Below are positions 1 through 8,668 of a stretch of 64,000 nt of DNA, one piece after another. Both the position numbers and the translations under genes were made by a program. Position 1 is the first letter of the stretch. Every line of letters begins with the position of its first letter. Source of the DNA: Chloroflexota bacterium. Lineage in GTDB: Bacteria; Chloroflexota; Anaerolineae; UBA4142. The stretch spans positions 18,940 to 82,939 of the forward strand of contig JACRPR010000040.1 of the NCBI GenBank assembly GCA_016223105.1. The letters are read 5' to 3'. The notes beneath the pieces are model-generated. The model was not told the DNA's origin. It saw only the letters and a program-made list of their open reading frames with translations, and ran no database searches.

Positions 1-210
1 GTGTTGTGGGAATACCGCGTGCAAACGATTGGAAAATTTTACGGCACGCGCGATGAAGACATCGAAGCGACGCTTGATGCATGGGGCGCAGAGGGCTGGG
101 AAGCGGTCAGCGTGTACACGCCCGAAGGAAGCGGCAAAGTAACCATCGTTGCGAAACGCCCGATGACGGAAGAAGATCGGCGACGGCGCGCGCGCGGGCA
201 TTTAGAGTGA
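1..210 (+). CDS. DUF4177-like small protein
   Basis: 69-aa ORF starting with GTG at the window edge. 'WEYRV' and 'LDAWGAEGWEAVSV' fit the DUF4177 pattern. The true start could lie upstream of the window. Confidence 0.55.
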   Translation: MLWEYRVQTIGKFYGTRDEDIEATLDAWGAEGWEAVSVYTPEGSGKVTIVAKRPMTEEDRRRRARGHLE

Positions 211-228
211 ACGTGTGTTTTGAAATTC

Positions 229-278
229 GTGGCGCGGACTTTCGAGCCCGCATCGGCGGCTTGGAAAAGCCGCGCCAC
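229..278. repeat. Family-B palindromic element, core copy 1
   Basis: GTGGCGCGGACTTTCGAGCCCGCATCGGCGGCTTGGAAAAGCCGCGCCAC. The same ~50-nt core recurs at 9511-9561 and, inverted, at 55204-55260 and 60072-60121. Confidence 0.8.
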
Positions 279-293
279 ACTTGGGAGGCAACG

Positions 294-1133
294 ATGTTGT
301 ACTTTGGTTTGGGAATCGGCGGATTATTGATTCTGATCGGACTCGCGACTTATTTTCTCGCGCCGCGCGTTGGACCGAATCCGTTTTTCGGTGTGCGCGT
401 TGGTTACGCGTACGCGAGTCGCGCGGTGTGGGACAAGACGAATCGCGCGGGCGGCATTGCCTTTGCCGGTGTGGGATTGGGAATGATGTTGTTCGCGTTG
501 ATTTTGCAAATGCTCAACATCGCGCCGCGCGACGCGATTTCAGTTCTCACCGGCGCGATGCTGATCGCGCTTCTCGGCGCGACAGTGTGGCTCGTAATGT
601 ACGCGCGCCATCTCGCGCGCGATACCGCGCCGATGCGCGAACTCGCGCCGGTAAAATTTCGCTGGGCGTACCTCGCGCCGGTGCTGAGCACGTTCGCGCT
701 TCTAGTCGCGGTGATGATCTATTTTTATCCGGCATTACCCGCGCAGAAAATGGCGACGCATTTCAACATCACGGAGCAACCGGATGGCTGGATGCCGCGC
801 GATGCGTTCGTCGTTTCGTACCTGGGACTCGCCGCGCTGATCGCGGCGATCAACAGCGTCGTCGTGATCGTCGCGACGCGCGAGCCGTTGATCTCATTCG
901 GACGCTGGGGCGCGCGCTGGCGACTCGATCCCGAACGCGGTTTGATTTACGCCGGGTGCGCGTTCGCGTTCACGAATCTGATCTTTATCGTCGCCTTGCT
1001 CGATGTCGCGTGGTTCAACACGCGCGGCGCGCATTTGTTTTCGCTGGCGCTTTTTCTGTGGATGATCGTGCCGCTGATCACGATCCTGGTCGCGCTGTAC
1101 GTTTGGCTCGGCAGGCGCGCACCGCCGGCATAA
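294..1133 (+). CDS. SdpI/DUF1648 family integral membrane protein
   Basis: ATG at 294 inside ORF 81..1133; the upstream part of that ORF is Arg-rich and spans a repeat. Multiple hydrophobic helices. SdpI-like 'NPFFGVRVGYAYASRAVWDKTNRAGG' and DUF1648-like 'LPAQKMATHFNITEQPDGW'. Confidence 0.75.
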   Translation: MLYFGLGIGGLLILIGLATYFLAPRVGPNPFFGVRVGYAYASRAVWDKTNRAGGIAFAGVGLGMMLFALILQMLNIAPRDAISVLTGAMLIALLGATVWLVMYARHLARDTAPMRELAPVKFRWAYLAPVLSTFALLVAVMIYFYPALPAQKMATHFNITEQPDGWMPRDAFVVSYLGLAALIAAINSVVVIVATREPLISFGRWGARWRLDPERGLIYAGCAFAFTNLIFIVALLDVAWFNTRGAHLFSLALFLWMIVPLITILVALYVWLGRRAPPA

Positions 1134-1138
1134 CCGAT

Positions 1139-1182
1139 TAAAAAACTCGCCCCGACGCGCACGCGTCGGGGCGAGTTTTTTT
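1139..1182. terminator. Bidirectional rho-independent terminator
   Basis: An A-run, then GC-rich perfect inverted repeat CTCGCCCCGACGCG/CGCGTCGGGGCGAG, then a T-run. It sits between convergent genes ending at 1133 (+) and 1186 (-). Confidence 0.85.
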
Positions 1183-1185
1183 GCG

Positions 1186-1716
1186 CTATTTGAGTGTCAA
1201 CAAATACGCGATCAAATCTTCGATTTGTTCCGGCGTGAGAATCTGTGCGAACGTTTGATCCATCGCGCTCGTGCCATCTTTGTTGCGATACATATCGCTG
1301 TCCGGCACGATGTACACATTCGGTTCGAGAATAGATTCGCGCAGGTAGTCGGCGGCGGTTTTGGCTGTGCCGGTGTACGCCGCGGATTTGATGATGCGTT
1401 CGGCTTCCGTCGCAATGTTTCCTAAATTCGGCGCATACTCGCCGCCGGGCAATAGACGATCCGGGTAATGACATTCATTGCACGCGATTTTGGGCGCGGT
1501 AAAAACTTGCGCGCCGCGCGCGGGATCGCCTTTGCTGGTTGCGCGCGTCGCGGTCGTGACCAGCGCGGGCGTGTTCGTCGGTATGACGCGCGTTGCGACC
1601 GGCGGAACCTGGGTCGCGGTCGGCGGAACCGGCGTCGGCGTGGGCGGCGCGGCGCACGCGACCATCAGTGCGACCAACCCAATGCTAAAACCCAAAGGGG
1701 AAAAGATGCGAACCAC
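1186..1716 (-). CDS. c-type cytochrome, probable lipoprotein
   Basis: CNECH heme-binding motif (CXXCH). Signal peptide with lipobox-like LMVAC. Pro/Thr linker. A GTG start at 1716 is preceded by GGAGG; the ORF could alternatively start at ATG 1791. Confidence 0.7.
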   Translation of the reverse strand: MVRIFSPLGFSIGLVALMVACAAPPTPTPVPPTATQVPPVATRVIPTNTPALVTTATRATSKGDPARGAQVFTAPKIACNECHYPDRLLPGGEYAPNLGNIATEAERIIKSAAYTGTAKTAADYLRESILEPNVYIVPDSDMYRNKDGTSAMDQTFAQILTPEQIEDLIAYLLTLK

Positions 1717-1808
1717 ACTGCCTCCATCCAAACGAGAATGTTTCGTGCTGATAATGTAACGCAAAAAATTCGCGTTTGGTTTTATCTTCAAAACCGGGAA
1801 GGTCTGAT

Positions 1809-2078
1809 CTATAAAACGTACACCACTTGATCGTGCGCGCTCAATTCGCGATAGAGTGCGTCGAGTTGTTGCTGACTCTGCGCGAGGATCGTCGCGGTGA
1901 CCGCGAGATACTTGCCGCCGTTGCTCACGCGCGCGGTTACGGCATCCGCGCGCAAATCGGGCGCGTGGCGACGCACGATTTCGATCACGATCAATTCAAA
2001 GTCGCCGGTGTGTTTGCCGATGGCTTTGATTGGAAACCGCGCCGGAAATTCGAGCGCGGGCTGGGGCGGAGGTTTCAT
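1809..2078 (-). CDS. YbeD/DUF493 family protein
   Basis: 'LEFPARFPIKAIGK...IVRRHAP...LYRELS...VVYVL' is collinear with E. coli YbeD. ATG at 2078 is preceded by GGAG and overlaps the upstream stop (ATGA). Confidence 0.85.
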   Translation of the reverse strand: MKPPPQPALEFPARFPIKAIGKHTGDFELIVIEIVRRHAPDLRADAVTARVSNGGKYLAVTATILAQSQQQLDALYRELSAHDQVVYVL

Positions 2079-2635
2079 TGCGCGCTCCGCGATTTTTGCG
2101 GCGCGCTTAACGCGTCCGCGATCTGCACGAGCATTTTCGTCCACGCGATTTTCATTTGCGCGGCGGCGCGCGCATTCGCGAGTTTATTGTGCTGAATCAC
2201 GATTTGGCTTTTCAATTCACCTTTGGCGTAAAACGCGACATCTACGCGACTCGCGCCATTCTTCCACGCGCCGCGCACGGATTTGCGCGCGGTCGTTTTG
2301 CTCACCGCGAGATCGCGCGGCGCGCGCGCTTGCCACGCCGCGAATAATTTTGCAACCGGCACGTTCAACGTTTTGCTCACGCTGATTTGATAACCGTCGG
2401 GCATTTGATGTTGCGCGCGTTTGTGACGCGCCTGCTCATAACCGACCGTAACCATTTGTTGCCACCACGCGCCGACCTGGTGTTGCGCGCGCAAGTACGC
2501 GACGATTTCCGGGTGCGTCATTTTTTTCGCGCCGGCTTGATCGAGAAGCGCGATCCACTCCGCCCAGCCCTTGCCGGTTTTCGCGCGCACCGCGGCGGTG
2601 CCGACGTTGTTGATTTTATCGAATTGATCTTTCAT
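2075..2635 (-). CDS. DUF4287 domain protein
   Basis: ATG at 2635 with RBS GAGAGGAAA. 'TGKGWAEWIALLD...MTHPEIVAYL...GAWWQQMVTVGYEQA' is the DUF4287 signature. The rest of ORF 2075..3106 is antisense to the dehydrogenase gene. Confidence 0.7.
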   Translation of the reverse strand: MKDQFDKINNVGTAAVRAKTGKGWAEWIALLDQAGAKKMTHPEIVAYLRAQHQVGAWWQQMVTVGYEQARHKRAQHQMPDGYQISVSKTLNVPVAKLFAAWQARAPRDLAVSKTTARKSVRGAWKNGASRVDVAFYAKGELKSQIVIQHNKLANARAAAQMKIAWTKMLVQIADALSAPQKSRSAQ

Positions 2636-2745
2636 CGTTTCCTCTCTCGACCCTTGCAAAATTTTCCCACTGATGCAAAGGAACACGGATGAATAAAAAA
2701 TGTTATCCGCGTTCTCTTGTAGCTGTGGGAAAAATATCCGCGCGG

Positions 2746-3795
2746 CTATTGGGATTTTTCTAGTCGCTCTGCCGCGATTTGGCGCGCCGCGTTTTCCGTC
2801 GTGATCTGTTCCGCCGCCGCGATGGCAAACACGCGGCGCAGGACGCGTTGCACCGTGTCGCGCACGCGCTGTTCCGCCTCCGCGCGCGTCCACCCCAACG
2901 CTTCGATCCCGGTAATGCCCATCGCGCCGCCGATGTTGACGACGTAATCGGGCGCGTACAAAATTCCGCGCGCGCGCAAACGCTCTGCGTCGTGCATTTC
3001 CGCGAGTTGATTGTTCGCGCCGCCGACAATCGCGCGGCAATTCAAACGCGCAATCGTCTCGCGATTCAAAATGCCGCCGAGCGCGCACGGCGAAAAAATA
3101 TCGCACGCGGTTGCGTAAATTTTTTCCGGCGCGATCAATTCGATTCCAAGTTCAGCGCGAAAATGTTGGATCGCGCGCGCGTCCACATCGCTAAACAGCG
3201 CGACCGCGTCCGCCTCGCGCAAATGGTGAATCAGCGTGCCGCCAACACTGCCCGCGCCTTGCACAAGCACGCGGCGTCCGCGCAAATCGGACGAACCATA
3301 AAGTTGTTCGCACGCGACCTGGATGCCGGTGAACACACCAAGCGCGGTGATCGGTCCCGAATCACCCGCGCCGCCCGCGCCAGGCGTGCGTCCGAAAACG
3401 TACGGCGCGCCGGTTTCGGCGATCACATCCATATCGCTCGATGCTGTGCCGACATCGGGACCGGTGTAAAACGTTCCGCCGAGTTGATGCACGAGCGCGC
3501 CGTACCGGCGTAGTAAATTCGCGCGTTCACGCGCATCGAAATTTTGCGGAAGCGCGATTACCGCTTTGCCGCCGCCGAACGCGTGCTCCGTGACCGCGAA
3601 CTTGAGCGTCATCGCGCGCGCGAGATTCAACGCGTCTTGCAATGCCAGATCAAAACTGGGATACATTTTCATGCGCGTCCCGCCGCCCGCGGGACCGAGT
3701 CGCGTTGAATGAATCGCGATAATGATCCACGCGCCGGTCGCTTCATCGAATCGAATGACCACATGTTCGCCTTGCCAATGTTTCAACGGTTCCAT
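2746..3795 (-). CDS. Leu/Val/Phe dehydrogenase (Glu/Leu/Phe/Val dehydrogenase family)
   Basis: 'GPAGGGTRM', 'GGGKAVI' and Rossmann 'VLVQGAGSVGG' motifs are typical of leucine dehydrogenase-type enzymes. ATG at 3795 is preceded by TGGAG. Confidence 0.85.
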   Translation of the reverse strand: MEPLKHWQGEHVVIRFDEATGAWIIIAIHSTRLGPAGGGTRMKMYPSFDLALQDALNLARAMTLKFAVTEHAFGGGKAVIALPQNFDARERANLLRRYGALVHQLGGTFYTGPDVGTASSDMDVIAETGAPYVFGRTPGAGGAGDSGPITALGVFTGIQVACEQLYGSSDLRGRRVLVQGAGSVGGTLIHHLREADAVALFSDVDARAIQHFRAELGIELIAPEKIYATACDIFSPCALGGILNRETIARLNCRAIVGGANNQLAEMHDAERLRARGILYAPDYVVNIGGAMGITGIEALGWTRAEAEQRVRDTVQRVLRRVFAIAAAEQITTENAARQIAAERLEKSQ

Positions 3796-3860
3796 TGCAA
3801 CTCCAAATGTGGCGCGGGTGGCTCGCCCGCTTGACATTGCGGGCGAGCCGTCCGCGCGAC

Positions 3861-4496
3861 TTAGTGCGTCAATCCTGGGACGAGCGCGCGCAAGCCGGCG
3901 AAGAAAAATTCCACCGCCATCGCCATCACGATCAAGCCCATCAAACGCAACAACACCTTGTTGCCGCTGTTGCCGAGCCGCGCCATCACACGTTTCGCGC
4001 TAAACAAAAAAACGAACGTCAGCGCGAGCACCACCCCAATCGCGAGAAAAACCAGGATTTGTTTTTCGAGCGCGCGCGCATCGTTCATCAACAAAATCAC
4101 CGTCGTGATCGCGCCTGGTCCGGCGATGAGCGGAATCCCGAGCGGGGTGATCGCGACATCTTCGATATATTCCGCCATCGTCTCTTCGTCGAGTTTACTG
4201 CGCGAGAGGCGCGCCTGGAGCATTTCGTATCCCATAATGAAAAACACAATCCCGCCGACAATGCGAAGACTGTTGACCGAGATGCCGAAAAAATCGAACA
4301 CACTTCGCCCGGTCAGCGCGAACACGATCAGCACGATCAACGCGGTAATCGTCGCGCGCAACGCGACGCGGCGCGATTCGCGCGGCGTGAGATTCGCGGT
4401 CATTGAAATATAAATTGGCAGAGTGCCGAGCGGCTCGATCACCGCGAACAAGGAGACGAACGCGAACGCGCCAAATTGCAAAAGTGAAATGTCCAA
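3861..4496 (-). CDS. MarC family (UPF0056) integral membrane protein
   Basis: 211 aa with 6 hydrophobic segments. 'IEPLGTLPIY' and 'ITPLGIPLIAGPGAITT' are MarC signatures. Confidence 0.85.
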   Translation of the reverse strand: MDISLLQFGAFAFVSLFAVIEPLGTLPIYISMTANLTPRESRRVALRATITALIVLIVFALTGRSVFDFFGISVNSLRIVGGIVFFIMGYEMLQARLSRSKLDEETMAEYIEDVAITPLGIPLIAGPGAITTVILLMNDARALEKQILVFLAIGVVLALTFVFLFSAKRVMARLGNSGNKVLLRLMGLIVMAMAVEFFFAGLRALVPGLTH

Positions 4497-4500
4497 TGTT

Positions 4501-5313
4501 CTACCGCGCGCCGGCGCGTTCCAAAATCGCGATGATGTCCGCGTACCCGCGTTGGCGCGCGTGCGCGAGCGGCGTTACGCGCTGATTGTCCGCAAGATTC
4601 ACATCCGCGCCCGCGTTGACGAGCAAACGCACGACCTCCGTGTGCCGCGCACCGCCGTCGCCGAGAATGATCGCTTCGAGCAGAGCCGTCCAGCCCAGCC
4701 GATTGACGTGATTGATTTTGATCTCGGTCTTGAGCAATTCCTGGATCACCTCGACGTGCCCGCGATGCGCGGCGCGAATCAACCCAGTGCCGTTGTACGA
4801 ATCGGTGCGATGCACGTCCGCGCCGGCTTGCAAGGTGAGTTTCAACAACTCGACGTATCCTTCCGAAGTCGCGATCAGAAATGCGGATTGTTTGGTCGCG
4901 TCCTGAATGTTCACGTCCGCGCCCGCGGCGATCAACACGCGCGCGGTTTTGAGATGATTGCCATACGCGGCGGCGATCAACGCGGTGACGCCATCCGCAT
5001 CGTGCGCGTGCACGTTCGCGCCTTGCGCCAACAATTTTTTTACGACCATCACATCGCCGCGCCGCGCGTTTTCGATCAATGCCATTTCATTTTCTCTCGC
5101 GAGCACGGTCGGCGGCGAGAGCGGGGTTGGCTCCACTGTCGGCGCGACGATAGCCGGTTGCGCGCTGACGCACGCGGAAAGAAACGCGGCGGTCGCGATC
5201 CAAAAAATAATTTGCGCGATTTTGTCATTGCGCGCGAAGCGAAGCAAGCCCCCGCGCGGAGATTTCTCGCGACGCTCGAAATGACAATATTCAGAAATAA
5301 TTCGCGGTTGCAT
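4501..5313 (-). CDS. Ankyrin-repeat lipoprotein
   Basis: Several ANK repeats ('GANVHAHDADGVTALIAAAYGNHLKTARVLIAAGADVN...'). Hydrophobic signal with lipobox LSAC. ATG at 5313. The N-terminal region is encoded by a family-A repeat. Confidence 0.8.
   Translation of the reverse strand: MQPRIISEYCHFERREKSPRGGLLRFARNDKIAQIIFWIATAAFLSACVSAQPAIVAPTVEPTPLSPPTVLARENEMALIENARRGDVMVVKKLLAQGANVHAHDADGVTALIAAAYGNHLKTARVLIAAGADVNIQDATKQSAFLIATSEGYVELLKLTLQAGADVHRTDSYNGTGLIRAAHRGHVEVIQELLKTEIKINHVNRLGWTALLEAIILGDGGARHTEVVRLLVNAGADVNLADNQRVTPLAHARQRGYADIIAILERAGAR
5224..5285. repeat. Family-A palindromic element, copy 1 (degenerate)
   Basis: GTCATTGCGCGCGAAGCGAAGCAAGC...CTCGAAATGAC. It lies inside the 5' end of the ankyrin CDS and encodes 'CHFERREKSPRGGLLRFARND'. 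Confidence 0.75.
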
Positions 5314-5315
5314 CG

Positions 5316-5789
5316 TTACACCTGGCTCGGGATTTTCGCGAGTTCGTCCAGAAAAATTTTGCGATCCGCGTCTTGCTTGATCGCCGCGCCAAGTTCGCGC
5401 GCGCGTGTGTAGTGATGCGCGTGCAACGCCGCGTCGCGATTCACTGCCGCGGCGAATGCCATTTCTGCGTGCGCGAATGCAATGTCCCAATCCGCCGATT
5501 CGTTCTGCGTAAAAAAATCGAGCGACTGCCGCGCGGACTGCAATGCGTGTGCGCCGTCGCCGAGCAACGCGTACACATGCGCGAGCGCAACATCCGCGCG
5601 CGCGGTGTTGATCGGCGCGCCGATCTTTCCCCAATGATACGCCGCCGCGTGCGCGCTGTCGCGCATTTCGCGATCATCGTCCGGCGTGCGCGCGGTTTGC
5701 GCGGCGAGCGACCACGCGCGATTGTTGCACTCGATTGCAAACCAGCGATGCCATTGCGCGATTTGTTCTTGCGTCGGTTGATCTGCCAT
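5316..5789 (-). CDS. Hypothetical helical protein
   Basis: 157-aa ORF with good codon bias and a non-repetitive helical composition. Its stop lies 2 nt from the downstream start. No family recognised. Confidence 0.6.
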   Translation of the reverse strand: MADQPTQEQIAQWHRWFAIECNNRAWSLAAQTARTPDDDREMRDSAHAAAYHWGKIGAPINTARADVALAHVYALLGDGAHALQSARQSLDFFTQNESADWDIAFAHAEMAFAAAVNRDAALHAHHYTRARELGAAIKQDADRKIFLDELAKIPSQV

Positions 5790-5924
5790 TGCTGTACCTC
5801 AACTCAATCGGCGATTAAAAATCGCGGCAACCCAAAGCGAAATCGCCCTGCGGCGATTAATTCCAAATTCCAGCCGACGACGGTCGGCTTTGCCTTGCGT
5901 TGGCGCGAATTTGTTCGCCCGCTT

Positions 5925-6278
5925 TCAAAATGCCGCGACCGCATCGCGCCGATTGGAATGAATTTCCACGAACGATTCAAATCCGGCAATCGTCAGAATT
6001 TTGGAAATGTCCGGCGATGGATTCGCCAATTTCAAGTACGGCGATTTCATTTCATCGGACGCACCCAACATTTTGATCGCCGCGAGAATCACGCGCAAGC
6101 CCGCGCTCGTCAACGAGACCAGCCCGGCGAGATCGAGCAAAAAATAACGCGCGCCAATCGCGTGAGATTGTTTGATCTGATTGTCCAATTGTTCCGCCGT
6201 GCTGAGATTCAGCAATCCTTCCAATTGCAAAACGGTGATCGGCACACGCCCTTGTTCTTGCGCGATGATGATGTTCAT
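5925..6278 (-). CDS. STAS-domain anti-sigma-factor antagonist (SpoIIAA-like)
   Basis: 117 aa. 'LDLAGLVSLTSAGLRVIL' is a typical STAS core containing the phosphorylatable Ser region. Confidence 0.8.
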   Translation of the reverse strand: MNIIIAQEQGRVPITVLQLEGLLNLSTAEQLDNQIKQSHAIGARYFLLDLAGLVSLTSAGLRVILAAIKMLGASDEMKSPYLKLANPSPDISKILTIAGFESFVEIHSNRRDAVAAF

Positions 6279-6320
6279 TTTTCCTCCATAGAATTTTGGA
6301 TTCCAGATTGGTATTTTTGA

Positions 6321-6396
6321 TTGGACACTGATTCACACAGATCAACACAGATCATTCAAAAAAAATCAGTGCGAATCTGCGTGAATCCGTGTCCAA
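6321..6396. other. Imperfect 22-nt inverted repeat downstream of the dehydratase gene
   Basis: TTGGACACTGATTCACACAGAT ... ATCTGCGTGAATCCGTGTCCAA, with an A/T-rich loop. It starts 3 nt after the stop at 6399. Possible terminator or repeat. Confidence 0.4.
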
Positions 6397-6398
6397 TT

Positions 6399-7346
6399 TT
6401 AAATATCAGGTGGTAGGTTTTCGGCTTTGCTTTTCCACTGTTCCAATAAATCGCGAGTGACGCCCGCGCCGCCGCAAACGATGAACACGATCGGCGCGCG
6501 CTTGAGTAAGGGCGCGGCGCGATCATACCCGGCGGCGAGCGCGGCGCCGCACGCGGGTTCGACCAGGACGCGCTGATCGTCCGCGAAACGCAAGCACGCC
6601 TGCACTGCCGCGTGATCGCTGACGACGTGCGAAATGATCGGATGTGCGCGCGCGAGCTCGAGCGCGCGCGGCGCGACGCGGCGCGCGCCGAGCGTCGTCG
6701 CGAGCGAGGTGATGCGGTCGAGCGTTACGAGTTCTCCCGCGCGCAGTGCCGCGGCGAACGATGCCGCGCCTTGCGTCTCGACCGCGATCACCGGCACATC
6801 GCGCCAGTCCAGCGCGCGCATCCCCTCGACAACGCCGCACAACAATCCACCGCCGCCGACCGACAGCACAATCGCGCCCGGCACAATTCCCGCGTCCGCG
6901 ATTTCAGAAATCATCGTCGCGTGCCCGCGCCACACATTCGGATCGTCGAAGGGATGAATGTACGCGGCGCGCTGATCGCGCGCGCGTTCAAGCGCGAACG
7001 CGTGCGCGTCGTCCCAGGAAGCGCCATAGACGATCAACTCGGCGTCCTCGCCGCGAATCAAATCTTGCGCGCGCGGTGAAGTCGTTTGCGGCACGACAAT
7101 CGTCGCGGTCAGCGCCAATCGCCGCGCGGTGAAGGCGACCGCGTACCCGGCATTGCCGCCGGACGCGCAGACGACGCGCATCGCGCCCGCATCGCGCGCG
7201 GCGCGACACGCAAATTCCATCCCGCGCGCTTTGAACGAGCCGCACGGTTGCAATGCTTCCATTTTCAAAAACACCGGTGCGCCGAGCGTAGCGCTGAGCG
7301 CGCGCGATTCCCAAAGCGGCGTTGCATTGTAAATTGAGTTTAGCAT
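6399..7346 (-). CDS. PLP-dependent L-serine/L-threonine dehydratase (SDS/TdcB type)
   Basis: Collinear with eukaryote-type serine dehydratase: 'LKMEALQPCGSFKARG' (PLP lysine), 'SVGGGGLLCGVV' and 'VEPACGAALAA'. Homology begins at ATG 7346. Confidence 0.85.
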   Translation of the reverse strand: MLNSIYNATPLWESRALSATLGAPVFLKMEALQPCGSFKARGMEFACRAARDAGAMRVVCASGGNAGYAVAFTARRLALTATIVVPQTTSPRAQDLIRGEDAELIVYGASWDDAHAFALERARDQRAAYIHPFDDPNVWRGHATMISEIADAGIVPGAIVLSVGGGGLLCGVVEGMRALDWRDVPVIAVETQGAASFAAALRAGELVTLDRITSLATTLGARRVAPRALELARAHPIISHVVSDHAAVQACLRFADDQRVLVEPACGAALAAGYDRAAPLLKRAPIVFIVCGGAGVTRDLLEQWKSKAENLPPDI

Positions 7347-7360
7347 CGGGTGCGCCCACG

Positions 7361-7392
7361 AAAAAAGAGGCAGACGAATTTCTCTGCCTCTT
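7361..7392 (-). terminator. Intrinsic terminator hairpin in the dehydratase leader
   Basis: Minus strand reads AAGAGGCAGAGAAATTCGTCTGCCTCTTTTTT. It ends 15 nt upstream of the ATG at 7346. Confidence 0.7.
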
Positions 7393-7500
7393 GATGAATC
7401 AGTTTGCAATGTGGGTCAGCCAATCCGCGCGCATCGAATTGAAAGGACATTTTGAAATTTCCATTCCGCGTTGTTCGGGCAACGCGTCAAGTGTGGCGAG

Positions 7501-7528
7501 ATTGTACGTGATTTCCGGCAAGTGTCAA
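7501..7528 (-). promoter_or_regulatory. Near-consensus sigma-70 promoter (minus strand)
   Basis: Minus strand reads TTGACA-16 nt-TACAAT. It points toward the dehydratase gene, about 150 nt upstream of its ATG. Confidence 0.6.
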
Positions 7529-7700
7529 GAGGGGATTGCCGCGCGGCAGGGCTTGGTCAAAGTCAGTTCGGGCGAACCCTTGCACTGCCCGCAAGGGCAG
7601 GTGTAAATTCGCGGCAACACAAGGCAATGCCGACCTTCGTCGGCGGGGATCCAAGCGACGAAGGTCGCTTTCGCGATGGGTTGAAGCCGCGCGCCGCCAT

Positions 7701-7729
7701 TTGACACGGCGATAATTTATTACTATATT
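7701..7729 (+). promoter_or_regulatory. Near-consensus sigma-70 promoter for the IclR gene
   Basis: TTGACA-17 nt-TATATT in an AT-rich stretch about 70 nt upstream of the GTG at 7799. It overlaps the inverted repeat GATAAT..ATTATC. Confidence 0.6.
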
Positions 7730-7798
7730 ATCAAATAGAATACGCTATTATCGAACAAGTATTTGCGGCGGCGCGGCTACGCCAAACCAGGAGGTTGA

Positions 7799-8590
7799 GT
7801 GCCACAGCGGTCGAATCGCGAACGCAAAAAAATCGGCGCATTGCAACGCGCGTTCGATATTTTGAATTTGTTCGACGCGCAAACAAAAGAGCTCGGCAAC
7901 ACGGACATTGCACGCGCCGTGCAATTGCACCCGAGCACAGTCGCCGGGTTGATTCACACGCTCGAAGTGAACGGCTATCTCGCGCAAAATCCGGCGACGC
8001 GCAAATACCGGCTCGGACTCAAACTCGTCGAGCGCGCGGCGGTTGCGCTGAATCATCTCGATCTGCGCGAGATCGCGCAACCGTACCTGCGCGCCTTGCG
8101 CGATGAATGTAACGAGAGCGTCAACCTCGCGATCCAAGACGGCGCGGAGGTCGTGTATATCGAACAATTATTTGGCAGTCACGCGCTCGGCATTCGTTCC
8201 GAGATCGGCAAACGCGCGGCATTGCACAGCACCGCGCTCGGCAAAGCGATCCTGGCATGGCGCGCGCCCAAACCTACGCAAGAATTTCTCAAAACGTACA
8301 AACTCACTGCGATCACGCCAAAAACGATCACGCGCCGTGATCAATTTTTGCGCGAGTTGACCCGGACGCGCGCACACGGGTTTGCGCTTGACGACGAAGA
8401 AAATGAAATCGGCGGGCGCTGTATTGCCGCGCCGATATTCGACGCGCGCGGCGCGCCGATTGCGGCGGTCAGTATTGCGGTGCCGATTCAACGCTTCCCC
8501 GATAAAGTGGTGCCACGTCTCGGCGCGCGTGTACGTAAAGTCGCACACGCGATTTCGCAACAACTTGGTTATGCGCCCAAATCGTTTTAG
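7799..8590 (+). CDS. IclR family transcriptional regulator (KdgR-like by context)
   Basis: GTG start preceded by AGGAGG. N-terminal wHTH ('LQRAFDILNLF...ELGNTDIARAVQLHPSTVAGL') and a C-terminal IclR effector domain. It precedes the KDG operon. Confidence 0.9.
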   Translation: MPQRSNRERKKIGALQRAFDILNLFDAQTKELGNTDIARAVQLHPSTVAGLIHTLEVNGYLAQNPATRKYRLGLKLVERAAVALNHLDLREIAQPYLRALRDECNESVNLAIQDGAEVVYIEQLFGSHALGIRSEIGKRAALHSTALGKAILAWRAPKPTQEFLKTYKLTAITPKTITRRDQFLRELTRTRAHGFALDDEENEIGGRCIAAPIFDARGAPIAAVSIAVPIQRFPDKVVPRLGARVRKVAHAISQQLGYAPKSF

Positions 8591-8668
8591 AGATTGGAGA
8601 TTAGAGATTGGAGATTGGAAGGCAGAATCTAATTTCCAACATCCAATTTCCCAACCGAAGGAGAAGTA

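Noticed and set aside
81-293. N-terminal extension of ORF 81..1133, and ORF 39..278 (-).
   Set aside because: The extension is Arg-rich, overlaps the DUF4177 gene and reads through a family-B repeat. The membrane protein starts plausibly at ATG 294.
4423-6320. Long plus-strand ORFs (4423..5412 and 5373..6320) opposite the ankyrin, hypothetical and STAS genes.
   Set aside because: They are Arg/Ala-rich low-complexity translations typical of antisense frames in high-GC DNA. They carry no recognisable motifs, whereas the minus-strand ORFs carry clear family signatures.
7407-7409. TTG at 7409 as the start of the dehydratase (full ORF 6399..7409).
   Set aside because: Homology to SDS-type dehydratases begins at the ATG at 7346. 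The upstream 21 codons would encode a strong terminator hairpin, and the TTG has no RBS.
5800-7700. A possible further repeat family: AAATYCGCGGCAACMCAARGC followed by a GCCGAC...GTCGGC hairpin, at about 5820-5895 and about 7596-7670.
   Set aside because: There are only two loosely similar copies with different internal structure. The similarity is too weak to call by eye, and a genome-wide search is needed.
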